Assembly (NCBI RefSeq): GCF_009834535.1
Contig: NC_045696.1
Location: 107,510,001 to 107,574,000, forward strand
From: Camelus ferus
Lineage: Eukaryota
Length of the DNA stretch: 64,000 nt
Reading direction: 5' to 3'
Shown: piece by piece, positions 13,781-27,110 of the stretch
Layout: each line of letters begins with the position of its first letter
Numbering within the stretch: position 1 is the stretch's first letter
The notes under the pieces: generated by a model
Seen by the model: only the letters and a program-made list of their open reading frames with translations
Told to the model about the DNA's origin: nothing
Database searches by the model: none
Made by a program: the position numbers and the translations under genes

Positions 13781-15001
13781 TCTCACCAGAGAAAATGTAT
13801 AGATGGCCGATCAGCATAAGAAAGATAATATCATTTGTCACTAGGGCAATGCCAATTAAAATTTTAAAAGATATCACTACGCATCTATTAGAAAGGCTAA
13901 ATTCAAGAAAACTGACTAAATAAATTACTGGCAAGGATGTGAAGCAATAGGAATTCCTTACTGGTGGGACTACAAAGTGGTATAGCCACTATGGAAGATA
14001 ATCTCAGAGTTTCTTACAAAATTAAACATAGCCTTGCTATAAATCCAGGACTCATGCTCTTAAATATTTATCCAGTTGATTTGAAACTTATGTTCACATA
14101 ACCATTTGAATGTGGATGTTTGTAGTAAATATATTTATAACAATTGTCGAAAAACTGGAAGCCACCAAGATGTCCTTCAGTAGATGAAATGAATAAACTG
14201 TGATACATCCATACAATGGAATATTATTTGATGATAAGAAGGAATGAGTCTCCAGCCACACAAAAGTGTAGATGAATCTTAATGGGCATTGCTGAGTGAA
14301 AGAAGCCAGTCTGAAAAGGCTGCATACGGTATGATTCCAGTTTATATGACATTCTGGAAAAAACAAAACTAGAAATGGTAAACAAATTCGTGCCAGAGTT
14401 TTGGGGAGGAGTGAGGCTTGAATAGGGGAATTAGGGTGATAAAACTATTCTGTGTGATACTAATGGTGGATATGTGATACTATGCATTTTTCAAAACCCA
14501 CAGAACTTTTTATAGCATAAAGAATTTTAAAAAATCTTTGCTTGCAAATTAAAAAAAATTACTTATGAGGTCATCCCAGGATGAATGCAGACTGACAGAA
14601 GGGTCTAACTGTATTGAAAATACATGAAATACTGTCACTGAAGGGGTTTGGGGAAAAGGTGTGGTCCTAAGTAACTGAAGAAATGAGTGGAGACTCATAA
14701 GACTAAAGGCAGAAAGAACTATGCATAAGCACTGTACTCTGATTGGTTAAGTTATTTCCAATGGGGGCATGGGTTATCAATTCTGAAGTCACTGTACATG
14801 TATACTGGGGTAGGAAAGTTAAGTAAATACCTAGTTAATGGTGGGAACCAGATTTTGCACTGTTGGAAGAGATTATAGATAATGCAGGAGGAGAACACGA
14901 GAATAATCTAATTGGTAATGTTGAAGGCATTAGCATAACTCATATATAGATTAATATATATATGTATGGTTACATGTAGAAATATTTATAGATAAGTTTG
15001 T

Positions 15002-15004
<3 letters not shown>

Positions 15005-15044
<40 letters not shown>
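15005..15044. repeat. (CA)20 microsatellite
   Basis: Perfect run read directly. Confidence 0.97.
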
Positions 15045-15045
<1 letters not shown>

Positions 15046-15999
15046 TTCCTTGTTCTTTCAGCTTAGAGGGCCTAAGGGAAATTACGTACCAATAGCAATA
15101 AGCCAGTAGCAACAAACACACCTAAAACCAAATCTTGGTTTCTGATTCCATTATCCAATAAAAGAAACCAGGTCTCCTTGAAGAAATGTTAGCTTCTAGG
15201 ACTGAAACAGAGAATATGTAAGGTAAGCCTAGAACATTCCATCTTGTCAGAAAGTAAGAAGTACTCAGAACAAAACAATGATGAGGGTATATCAAAAGGA
15301 CATAAGAGCTAACTGTGAAGGAGCCCTCAGTACCAAACTTGGGACAGTTTGAGCAATAAAATAGGTATCCTAGACTTGGATTATAAAATGTTCACGAGAC
15401 CATACTGATATAAATGATTGAATAATAAAAGAAATGAATGAGAATAGACAAATATTCTTTGCAGAAAAATTTAAAATTATGTAGTTACCTACATAAACCT
15501 CAAGGAAATGGTGCATAATTCCCCACCCCTTAAAAAGTGGGTTGTATGTAGTGACATCCTTCCAAAGAATACAGTATGAAAAGTATAATTGGTACAGTGG
15601 AAAAACCTGACAGACCGTACCTCAGCAAGGTGATCATGATTTATTAATATTGTTTGGTCATGCTGATAGCATATACCCTTAGTTTGATGTGATGAGTATG
15701 GCACTTTATCTCTTTGATCTTCCTCTCAAAAATCCATAAACCATATCTAACCATGAGGAAAACATCCGAGAAACTCAGATTGAAAAACATTTCATAAAAT
15801 ACCTGACCACTGCTCCTTAAAACCATCACAGACATCAAAAACAAAGCCTAAGAAAGTGTCACAGTATAGAGCAGCCTAAGTAGACATGACAGATACTGTC
15901 TTTTGTGGTATTCTTGATAAGATCCTGGAACATGAAAAGGGCATTAGGTAAAAACTAAGAAAATCTGAATACAGTATGACTTTTAGTTAATAATAATGT

Positions 16000-16338
16000 T
16001 ACCAGGTTAGGAAGAGGGGGAATTTGAGGAAGGTGATCAAGAGGTACAAACTTCCAGTTATAAGACATAAGTACTGGGGATATAATGTACAGCATGATGA
16101 CTATAGTTAATGCTGTTGTATGATACGTAGCAAAGATGTTAGGAGAGTAGATCCTAAGTGTTCTTGTTCTAAGGAGAATTTTTTTCCTTTTTTTATTATA
16201 TCATTATGAGATAGTAGATGTTTACTAAACCTGTTGTAATCATTTCTTAATATCTGTAAGTCAAGCCATTATGCTGTACATCTTAAATTTATATACAGTG
16301 ATGTATGTCAATTATTTCTCATTAAAACTGGTGGAAAG
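16000..16338 (+). mobile_element. L1MA9-like 3' end nested in the older L1, with 9-bp TSD
   Basis: gaggtacaaacttccagttataag...catgatgactatagttaa. TAATAATGT occurs at 15991-15999 and 16339-16347. Confidence 0.8.
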
Positions 16339-19130
16339 TAATAATGTCAATATTGGCTCATTAGTTGTGATAGATGTACCACACTTACGTCAGATATTAA
16401 CAGTAGGAGAAACTTGTTGAGGTGTATATGGGAACCTCTGTACTTTGTTTACAGCTTTTCTGTCAGCCTAAAACTATTCTGAAATTAAAAGAATATTTTT
16501 AAGAAAATACTTAGGAATTCAGTTTAAGGAAAATTCTTTGAGACTCTTATTAAGCCCAGTTAGTTTTTTTTTTTCTCTTTGATGACATACATAGAAGTTT
16601 GATAAAATAGAAAAAGAGGTAATTTAGATAAAGATTGGTTGAGAAAGTCTTAGTGGCACATAAAAAAGTTGTAAGAGCTACTTCACAAAAGTATACTTGA
16701 GATTATTTGGGACCTTCTATTGATGTAGCTTTGAAGCATAGGTTAAAGAAACAGGACTTGGTCATTTACATGCAGTTTGATAAGAAACTGTCAGATAATC
16801 CTAAATTATCTCAAATAATTAAATCCTAAATTATCTTACATATATTATGTAACTGGTGTGAAACTTGTAGCATTGGCTATAAACAGGATACTTGATAAAT
16901 AAAAATTATCATTCTGTAATTTATGGATCTCTGTAACATGGATAAGGCCCCTCGTGCCATTTAGAAATGAAACCTGGTTTTCCTTAAATGATACCATTTC
17001 AGTCATGGCCCACTTTATTAGGAAGAAAAGAGTTTAGCCTTGTCTTCTCATCCCCAAGTCCAGAGTCTTTGCTTTTCCATACCATGATAAGAAGGGTAAA
17101 TCTTCTCTAGAGCTGTTCTTTACTGCCACAATTTAATTTCTCCCTTTATTTCCCTAAAATGAAAAATGTTTGGCTGATTTTTTTCCTTTAATGTGTAATG
17201 TTTACCTTTTTGACTTTCAAATTCCTTTAATAATTTCCTGAAGAATTTGGGCTTTTCTCCACAAAAATGCGTAGAGCCAAATTTTCATAGTTTCAAAAGG
17301 TTTATAGATACTTAGGAATCCATGTGTCACAGATTAAGAAACCCTGCCTGTCTTGAATTATATTTACATTAGTAATAGAACCTGAGGTTAGCAGACAGAT
17401 CTTTAAAAAAATAAATGTATTTTCCTCACTATCCTTTCCTCTAATTCTTGTCTGTGTGAACAGCACCAGCACTGAAAATGCAGTTGTTGTAATAGTTGTT
17501 GAAGATTTGGTGAAAATAGTTTGCTAGGTTATAGCTCTAGGACATTGCTTGCTTTTGGCTCTGGGCTATACTAGCATAGCTCAACCAAGCTCCAAAATTT
17601 GAAATTCTAGTATTTAGTATAGTTAATCTGTTTTTGACATGGACAGAATATACCCTATGTATTTTGAGCACTAGTTAATTAGTACTCACATATCATGTGC
17701 CAGTATGTATGTGATTTTTTTTTAAGAATTTAATTTGATGTTTCACTTGCCTTTTGTATTTACAGAGGAAGAAGTATATTTGTTTTGTTTTTTTTCTTTT
17801 ATAAGGAATGTTGCAAAGTATAGGCTGCCACCTAGAGACAGACTTGTCATTGGAGATAAAATTAGAACAATTTCAATTATTAAGGTATTCTAAAAGATTT
17901 ACAAGTTTCTAAAAGTGCATATTTACTTATCTGTGGGGTAATTTTTTTTCCAGTTTTGCATATATTACTGAGACAAACCAAATACATCTCAAGATATTTA
18001 TAATTAAGCTTGAAATGCTCATTAAAAGGCAAGCAAAGTGTCTATCTTTCTCAATCTTTTTCCCACTCTCTTTAAATCTTGAGGAAGACTTTTACGGTTG
18101 GGCACTGCAATCCTTGGTAATTATTAAGTCCTACATTTCTGGTATGCAGTTGTTTCTTAAGTGAATCCTCAGTTTTAGTAGCCTCAGCATTTCTTCTCCT
18201 TTTTTGTATCAGATTTTCTCTACTCATTTATCCATATTTATTTCAGTCTTTCTTCATTTTAGTTTGATTTGTTACCTGCTGCCTGTTACTTAAGTAAAAA
18301 TGAAGCAAAAAATAAGACTACCAAAACATCCTGTTATATGTTTGAATTACCTCTGGTCTGTTACCCTATTAAATGTTATTTATTTAGACTCTGTAATCCA
18401 CTCTTTAAAAGAACATCCTTAAATAAAAGGTTTTTAATACATGGGATAGTTACTTAGAAAGCGTCTACTGTTTGAAAAGCTCTCTGCTAAGTACTCTCAG
18501 GCATTGTTAGTGTATTTTACCCACACCCGGATTTGGAATTGAGTGAGCCAGGATGTTACTATACTATAAAAAGCAACAAACCTCAAAGAGCCTTTTGCTT
18601 TATTTGGATAAATTGTTTTTGTCATAATTAAAGTTCTGTTCCCCTTCAGTCTTCTCTTCTACCTGCTTCTGTACCTAGTTGGAAGGATACAAAGAAGGCT
18701 AGGGTTCTTGCTATGGCTGGCATCATAGAACAGAGGAGAGGAGGGGTAGAACTGACAAAGGCTGAAGAGGATAAGGTGAGACGGTTCTCTAAGCCATGGG
18801 TTTGTGTGTATGAGAATAAGACAGTTTGCTGGTTCTTGCTTAGCTTCCTCTGACAATGACTTCTTTATTTCCTTAACTCATCCCTATGATGAGTTCTAGG
18901 CATTTTGGGCATGGGTGTTTAGTGCTGTTGTGTCAGCTCCACTGGAATGACTTTCCTTGGTTCTGGAATAAAAGAGGTGACTGGTTTTATTCTTCAAACA
19001 GCATTACCCTGGCAACATGCACAAGTAGGAATCTGGCATCCAGTAGAACTCAAATAAGGAACTAGAGCTTTTGCTCACCTCCAAAATGGGCAGAATAATC
19101 TATCAAAAAATGAATGCTCAAAGTAGGAGA

Positions 19131-19450
19131 GCTTAATACTAACTGAGCATCTTATATGATATGGGTACAGTGCTAAATATTTTATGTTTGTTATCTCATG
19201 TTGTTCTCATATCCTTAGTTGTTTGTTCAACAAACATTTTTGAATGTTTCCCCTGTGCTAAGCACTATTCCAGGCACTAGGAATTACTGCATTAAACAAA
19301 ACAACATCCTTGCTCTGAAGAAGTATTATCACCATTTTAAAGATTAGAAACCTGAGTTTCATAGAGAACATTGACTTTTTCAGTGTCCCATAGCTTAGTA
19401 ACTGGTGGAGCTGAGATTTAAGCCTTACTGTATCTGTTGCCAAAGACTTT
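19131..19450 (-). mobile_element. MIR interrupted by an L2 3' end (~19218-19320)
   Basis: MIR core ccattttaaagattagaaacctgag; L2 tail gttcaacaaacatttttgaatg...ccaggcactagg. Confidence 0.7.
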
Positions 19451-20019
19451 ACACCACTCTAGTATGATTTCTTGAAGGTTCTGCTATTTGTAGTGATTGC
19501 TATGACCACAAATACAGTTCCTTTTTATAATTGTCCATATTGCTGATTATGCAGTGTAGTGTTCTTCAGCCCTGTTTTCATATCTTTGATTCCATCTTTG
19601 ATGTCCTATATAATAGCTGGTAAGAAAACAAAATTTTGCATTTCTTGAAAACTCAAGTCAAGCATTCTTCTGCCTGCTCTCTACTGAGTACATATTGATA
19701 GTGACTACATAAATGCTATTGTATGGTTTAAGAGCAATCTGTCTTTCAGTTTATTTTTTAACAATTTATTTTTTATTTGTAATGTATTCATTCATTATTT
19801 TGTCTAAGTAATATATTCATGTACTTCAGATATCAGGAAATGAAAAGGTATGCAATATAATGTCTCCATTACATCCCTAAACCCCAACTACATACTTCTT
19901 TTTCTCAGAGGCAGCCAACTTTGCCAGATGTTTGTGTACCTTTCCAGAAATATTTTAATTCATGTACATTCAGATACATATATACCCCTTATTTTAAAAG
20001 TTCAAATTATTTAAACTAA

Positions 20020-21690
20020 AAAAAATTTTTTTTCACCTATTTCCCCCACCAGGCACCTATTGTAACCACCACTCTATTCTTTGTATCTATTTCTTTTTAA
20101 AAATGTTTTTCCTGTTTTTAGATTCTATGTGTAAGAGAGATCATGCAGAATTTGTCTTTTTGTGTGACTTATTTCACTTAGCATATTGCCTTTGAGGTCC
20201 ATTCATATTGTTCCAAATGGCAAGATTTCATTCTTTTTTGTTGCTGAATAATATTCCATTGTATATGTATACCACAATTTCTTTATCCTTCGGACACTTA
20301 GGTTGGCTCCTTATCTTGGCTATTGTAAATAATGCTGCCATGAACATGGAGGTGCAGGTATCTTTTCAAATTAATGTTTTCATTTTCTTTAGATAATTAC
20401 CAAGAAATGGAATTAATTGCTGGATCATATGGTAGTTCTATTTTAATTTTTTGAGGAACCTCCATACTGTTTTCCACAGTGGTTGTACTAATTTACATTC
20501 ACACCAGTGGTGCATGAGGGTTGCCTTTTTTCCACATCCTTGCCAGTTCTTATTTTGTCTCTTTTTGATAATAGCCATTCTGACAACTATGAAATGATAG
20601 CTTACTGTGGTTTTGCTTTGTTTTTCCTGATTAATGATGTTGAGCATCTTTACATTTCTGTTGACCATCTGTATATCTTCTTAGGAGACCTGTCTGTTCA
20701 TATGTTCTGCCCATTTTTAATTGGATTGTTTTTTGCTATTGAGTTCTTTTGTTTATTTTGGATATTAACCCCTTATCATACAGGTGTTTTGCAAATTTTT
20801 TTTTTTTACATACAGTAGGTTACCTTTTCATTTTGTTGATGATTTCCTTTGCTGTTCAGAAACTTTTTAGTCTGGTGTAGTCCACTTGTATATTTTTGCT
20901 TCTGCTGCCTTTGCTTTTGGTATCAAATCCAAAAAATCATTATCATGACCAGCTTACCCCCTTATATTTTCTTCTAGGAAACATAGTTTAGGTCCTACAT
21001 TCAAGTCTTTAATCCATTGTGAGTTAATTTTTTTGTATGGTGTAAAATGTTGGAAATTTTTCATTCTTTTGCATGTGGCTATCCAGTTTTCCCAGTACCA
21101 TTTATTGAAGAGCCTGTCCTTTCCCCATTTTATATTCTTGGCTGCTTTGTCATAAATTAATTGATCATAGAGGCAAGAGTTTGCTCCTGAGATCTCTGTT
21201 CTGTTCTCCTGATCTGTGTGTCTGTTTTGATGCCAATACCATACTGTTTTAATTATTATAGATTTGTTTTGTAGTTTGAAATCAGGAAGTGTGATGCCTC
21301 CAGCTTTGTTTTTCTTTCTCATTTGCTTTGGCTACTTGGGGTCTTCTGTGGTTCCATTTTGAGTTGTTTGTTCTGCTTCTGTGAAAAATGTCATTGAATT
21401 TTGACAGGGATTTTGTTGAATCTGTAGATTACTTTGGGTGGTGTGGACAGTTTAACAATATTCTTCCAATCCAAGAATAGAGAATATTTTTGCATTTGAT
21501 TTGTTTATGTCTTCTTTAATTTCTTTGATTAATGTCTTACTGTTTTCAACATACCAGTCTTTCACCTCCTTTGTTAAATTTATTCCTAGATATATTTTTC
21601 TTTTTGAAGCAGTTGTAAATAGAATCATGTTCTTAATTTCTCTTTCTGATAGTTTGTTATTAGTGTAAAGAAATGCAACCAATTTATTTC
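20020..21690 (-). mobile_element. 5'-truncated L1 (ORF2 C-terminal half and 3'UTR)
   Basis: ORFs 20954..21322 ([20 protein letters not shown]), 21452..21682 (YLGINLTKEVKD), 20438..20668 ([15 protein letters not shown]). Confidence 0.93.
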
Positions 21691-22194
21691 ATTCTAATTT
21701 TTATTGACTTTATTTCATGCCTGAATGTACAGAAATTATCTAGTCTCAGCTCCTTTGCCCTCAGCTGCAGCCCCTCTCCTCCATGCATGTCCAAGCCCTG
21801 TTCTTGCCCCAGAAGCTCCAGAGGGTCACACTGAAGCTTGTCCAACCTGGTTTCTTGCCTCCTGCCCCTTCGCTGTCCTCCCCTCCCCCCGTTTTTCAGT
21901 TTTATTAGGTAGAATTATTACTGTTTGACTGCGCATATACATTATATTGCATGTAAATATGTATATACAATATATTGCACATATTTTTAAAATTTATATA
22001 TATGTGTTGTTCATTGTTTCTAAGAACAGTTTAGAGCTTTAGTTTTTAAACTTACATAGTTATCAAAGGAATAAAACCAACCACAAAAAAAGAATCAACA
22101 GATTACAGTAATCCAATCATAAAGGACAGTCAAATGTGCTGACACATATTCAAGAAATCAGTCATCTAAGTTATAACTATAAGTAGTTCATTTG

Positions 22195-25100
22195 TGTCCC
22201 TTTTTAAAATAGATTCCACATATAAGTCATGTCATATGGCATTTTTCTTTCTCTTTCTGGCTTACTTCACTTAGAATGACATTCTCCAGGCCATCCATGT
22301 TGTTGCAAATGGAATTATTTTTCTTTTCTATGGCTGAGTAGTATTCCATTGTATAATATACCACATCTTCTTTATCCAGTCATCTGTCGATGGACATTTG
22401 GGCTATTTCCATGTCTTGGGTATTGTGAATAGTGCTGGTGTGAATATTGGGGTGCATGTGTCTTTTTGAGTTATATTTATCTCTGGGTGTATGCCCCAGA
22501 GCAGAATTGCTGGATCATATGGTAAGTCTATTTTTAGTTTTTTAAGGAACCTCCATGCTGTCCTCCATAGTGGCTGTACCAGTTTACATTCCCACCAACA
22601 GTGTTCTAGGGTTTCTTTTTCTCCACACCCTCTCTAGCATTTATCGTTTGTAAACTTTTTAATTATGGCCATTCTGGCTGGTGTAAGGTGATATATCATT
22701 ATAGTTTTGATTTGCATTTCTCTAATAATTAGTGATATTGAGCATTTCTTCATGTGCCTATTGGCCATTTGTATGTCTTCATTGGAGAATAGCTTGTTTC
22801 AGTCTTCTGCCCATTTTTGGATTGGGTTACTTGTTTTGTTTTTTTTTTTATATTAAGGTATATAAGCTGTTTGTATATTTTGGAAATTAGTCCCTTGTCA
22901 GTCATATCATTTGCAAATGTTTTCCCCCATTCTGAAGTCTGTCTTTTCATTTTGTTGATGGTATTTTTAGCTGTGCAAAAGCTTTTAAGTTTAATTAGAT
23001 CCTGTTTGTTTATTTTTGCTTTTATTTCCATTACTCCAGGAGCTGGTTCCAAAAATATATTGCTGTGATTTACGTCTGTGAGTGTTCTGCCTGTGTTCTC
23101 CTCTAGGAGTTTTATTGTATCTGGTCTTATACTTAAGTCTTTAATCTATTTTGAGTTTATTTTTGTATATAATGTTAGAGAATGTTCTAATTTCAGTCTT
23201 TTACAGGTAGCTCTCCAATTTTCCAAGCACCACTTATTGAAGAGACTGTTTTTCATTGTATATTCTTGCCTCCTTTGCCATAGATTTAATTGACCATAAG
23301 TGCATGGGTTTATTTCTGGACTCTCTATCCTGTTCCATTGATCTATGTGTCTATTTTTTGTGCCAATAACATACTGTTTTGATTACTTTAGCTTTGTAGT
23401 ATAGTCTGAAGTTGGGGAACAAGGTTGCCCTAGCTCCATTCTTATTCAAGATTGTTTTGATTATTCAGGATCTTCTAAGTTTCTATACAAATTTCAACAT
23501 TTTTTGTTCCAGCTCTGTAAAGAATGTCATTGGTACTTTGACAGGGATTGCATTAAATCTATATATTGCCTTGAGCAGTATGGTCATTTTAAGAATATTG
23601 ATTCTTCCAATGCAGGAATACGGTGTATCTTTCCATTTGTTTATGTCGTCTTCAGTTTCCTTCATCAGCGTCTTATTAGAGTTTTCGGAGTACAGGTCTT
23701 TTGCCTCCTTAGGTAGGTTTATTCCTAAGTATTTTATTCTTTTTGGTGTGATGGTAAATGGTATTATTTCCTTAATTTCTTTTTCTGCTATTTTGTTGTT
23801 AGTGTATAGAAATACAGCAGATTTCTGTATATTAATTTTGTATCCTGAAACTTTATCAAATTCATTGATGAGTTCTCATAGTTTTTGGGTCACTTCTTTA
23901 GGGTTTTCTGTGTGTAGTATCATGTCATCTAGAAACAGTGACAGTTTTACTTCTTCGTTTCCAATTTGGATTCCTTTTATTTCTTTTTCTTCTCTGATTG
24001 CTATGGGTAGAACTTCCAAAACTGTGTTGAATAAAACTGGTGAGAGTGGACATCCTTGTCTTGTTCCTGGTCTTAGAGGAAATGTTTTCAGCTTTTCCCC
24101 ATTAAGTGTGATGTTAGCTGTGGGTTTGTCATATGGCTTTTATTATATTAAGGAATATTCCCTCTATACCCACTTTGGTAATTGGTAAGAATTTTTATCA
24201 TAAATGGATGTTGAATTTTATCAAAAGCTTTTTCTGCATCTATTGAGATAATCATATGGTTTTTATTCTTCAGTTTGTTAATGTGTTGTATCACATTGAT
24301 TGATTTGCAGATACTGAAAAATCCCTGCATCCCTGGGATAAATCCCACTTGATCATGGTGTATGATTCTTTTAATGCATTGTTGGAGTCTGTTTGCTAGT
24401 ATTTTGTTGAGGGTTTTTGCATCTATATTCATAAGTGATATTGGCCTATAATTTCCTTTTTTGTGATATCTTTGTCTGGTTTTGGTATGAGGATGATGAG
24501 AATCTCATGGAATTAGTTTGGAAGTGTTCCTTCCTCTGAAATTTTTTGGAATAGTTTCAGAAGGATAGGTGTTAACTCTTCTCTAAATGTTTTATAGAAT
24601 TCACTTGTGAAGACATCTGGACTTTTGTGTTAGGAGTTTTTAAATTACTGATTCAATTTCAGTACTGGTGATTGATCTATTCACATTGTCTGTTTCTTAC
24701 TGCTTCAGTCTTGGCAAATTGTACCTTTCTAGGAAATTGTCCTTTTCTTCTACATTGTCTTTTTTGTTGGCATATAGTTGCTCATAGTGGTCTCTTATGA
24801 TCCCTTGTATTTTTGTGCTGTCGGTTGTAACTTCTCCTTTTTCATTTCTGATTTTATTAATTTGGGCCCTCACTTTTTTTCTTGATGAGTCTGACTATAG
24901 TTTTATCAATTTTGTTTATGTTTTCAAAGAACTAGCTTTTAGTTTCATTGTTTTTTCTATTTTTTTTTTCAGTCTCTTTCATTTATTTCTGCTCTAATCT
25001 TTATGGTTTCTTTTCTTCTACTAATTTTGGGCTTGCTTTGTTCTTTCTCTAATTGCTTTAAGTGTAAGGTTAGGTTTTTAATTTGAGATTTTTCTTGTTT

Positions 25101-26779
25101 CCTGAGGTAGGCTTGTAGTGCTATAAACTTCCCTTTGAGAATTGCTTTCGCTGTATTCCAGAGGTTTTGGATCATTGTGTTTTTATTTTCATTTGTATCA
25201 AAGTATTTTTGATTGCCTCTTTGATTTTTTCAGTGATCCATTGGCTTTTTTAGTAGCATATTCTTCAGCCTCCACGTGTTCACAGGTTTTCCAGTTTTTT
25301 TCTAGTAGTAGTGACATCAACAGTCTATGTTCCTTGAGAGCAGTTTTTGTGTGCCACTACATGTGTGTCAAACCCGAAACCTGCCCCTCAACCCCAAGCT
25401 CCAGGACAGGCAAAGTGGCCTCTTTCATGGACTGTGGACTGCTTCAGTCAGCTGTCTGTGCAGTGCCCTGGGTGTGATAGCCTGCCCAGAACCATCCCTC
25501 ACATTGCCATAGGCCCATGAGACCCAGGTAACCAAGCCCCTTCAGCACCAGAGCCAGGTGATCAAGGGGCCCTGGGCTCTACCCATGCAAAACCCGTAAC
25601 GTTAGACACAAAACCAGCACACTAGATGTGTGTAAAGCTTCCTATCAGGAGACACTGGTGCTTTGGAATTCTGCAGAAGGCAAGTGTGAAGATAGTGCCC
25701 ACCCTCTGAAATCTTTGAAAAAGATTAGTCAGCCCCTAAATGTGTGTTTGAAGAGATCCTTGCCCCTTACACCACAGTCATAAATGATTAGCTAATAGGC
25801 CTCTAGTCCAGAAAAACTGAGCTCTTAGGTCTGTTGCCTCCTGATGGGCCCTGGCGGTGGTAGCTGGTTTTAGAACTCTCTTCATTGGTTACAGTACTGT
25901 GGGATCTATGAATGTAAGCTCCACTGGCCACCAAAGCCAGGTGAAGTAAAGTTGTCCCCTGGCAGCAGTCACAAAAATCAAGGTACCAGATGGGTATGAG
26001 CTCCATTCTGAGTGACACAGTTGATTATAGTTCTGTGTGATCAGGAATGCAGGTTCCCCTGGACTCCAGAGCCAGGTAATCAAAAATCATATCCTGGGCA
26101 GCAGCCAAAAAAATCAGGGCACCAGGCACATGTAAAGGCTCCCTTCCAGGAGATATTGATGCTTAGAGCATGGTAAAGGGAAAGTGAAGATGGTGCCTAC
26201 CTCTCTCTGTCCCCAGAGAGTGCCCCAGCGGGCTCCTAGATGTGTGTGTTAAATTAGATGCCTGCCCCTTAGGATATGGTTTTAATATAAGCAAATAATC
26301 TTTATTCACTTTGTTTGGTTGTGATAGGGTGCCTCTGAGCTATATCCTGGATTGATGAGTCCAAGTTCTGCAGGTCCTTTAAGAGCTTTCTACCAGATTG
26401 GTACTGTCTTGTGCATCTTGGGGTACAAAGCCTGCTGGTTTTCAAAATTAGATATTTTGAGGGCTCATCTCAAGTGCGTGTCTTAAAATTTGGGGTACCT
26501 GATAATGAGGTTTGATCCCATCACTCCTTAGGGAGAAACTCTGGTTTTTAGCTCCCTCCCAATTGTGGTTCACTGTGCTGTAGGTGAGGTTTATTTTGTG
26601 CCAGCCTCTCCTGCCCACTTTGATGTGGCTTCTTCTTGTTTTCCTGATGTATGTATAGTCATCATTCAGCTAGGCTTTAGGTTTAAGAGGAAAAATTTTC
26701 ATGTGTACCTGGAAATTCACTGTGTCCATGTCAGAAGGTGAGTTCAGGATCTTCCTATGTCACCATTTTGATCTGGAAG
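22195..26779 (-). mobile_element. L1 with 5'UTR (26779-25304) joined directly to post-endonuclease ORF2 (25303-22195); no ORF1
   Basis: ORF2 fragments [58 protein letters not shown]. 5' start (minus) gatcaaaatggtgacataggaagatcctgaactcacc. Confidence 0.9.
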
Positions 26780-26884
26780 CTATCCCTTCTTTTTTCACAT
26801 ATGAATATATCCTACAGATCTTTTCATGTCAGTCGTAGATAGCTTTATTGTTCTTTCTATCTCCATGGATTCCATTGACTTTAA

Positions 26885-27110
26885 AAGTAGTAGTTTGTCA
26901 TGGACCCTGTAGCCAGACTGCCTGCATCTAGGCCATGGATCTGCTGCTGGGAAACCTCTTTTACAAGTTGCCAAATCTCTGGGCGCCTCAATTTTCTCAT
27001 CTGTAAAATGAAAGGAAAAAATTGTACATTCTGAATAGGGTTGTTGTGAAGTTTAAGCGTTTATTTAGCACAGTGCCTCAAAGATGATGAGCACCCAAAT
27101 GTTGGTTGCC
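26885..27110 (+). mobile_element. MIR
   Basis: gccagactgcctg...gcctcaattttctcatctgtaaaatg...gggttgttgtgaag. Confidence 0.8.

Larger units (their letters stand above)
13781..16500 (+). mobile_element. L1MC/L1MD-type ORF2 end and long 3'UTR
   Basis: ggcaaggatgtgaagcaa, gctgagtgaaagaagccagtct, tttcaaaacccacagaact, gtatatgggaacctctgtact. Confidence 0.8.

Noticed and set aside
16797..16836. 15-bp direct repeat AATCCTAAATTATCT with 10-bp spacer
   Set aside because: Only two copies; consistent with a local micro-duplication, not an array.
23412..24188. Longest ORF in the window (258 aa, + strand)
   Set aside because: Exactly antisense to L1 ORF2 RT and starts at TTG. Hydrophobic F/S/L/I-rich antisense frames are typical of A-rich L1.
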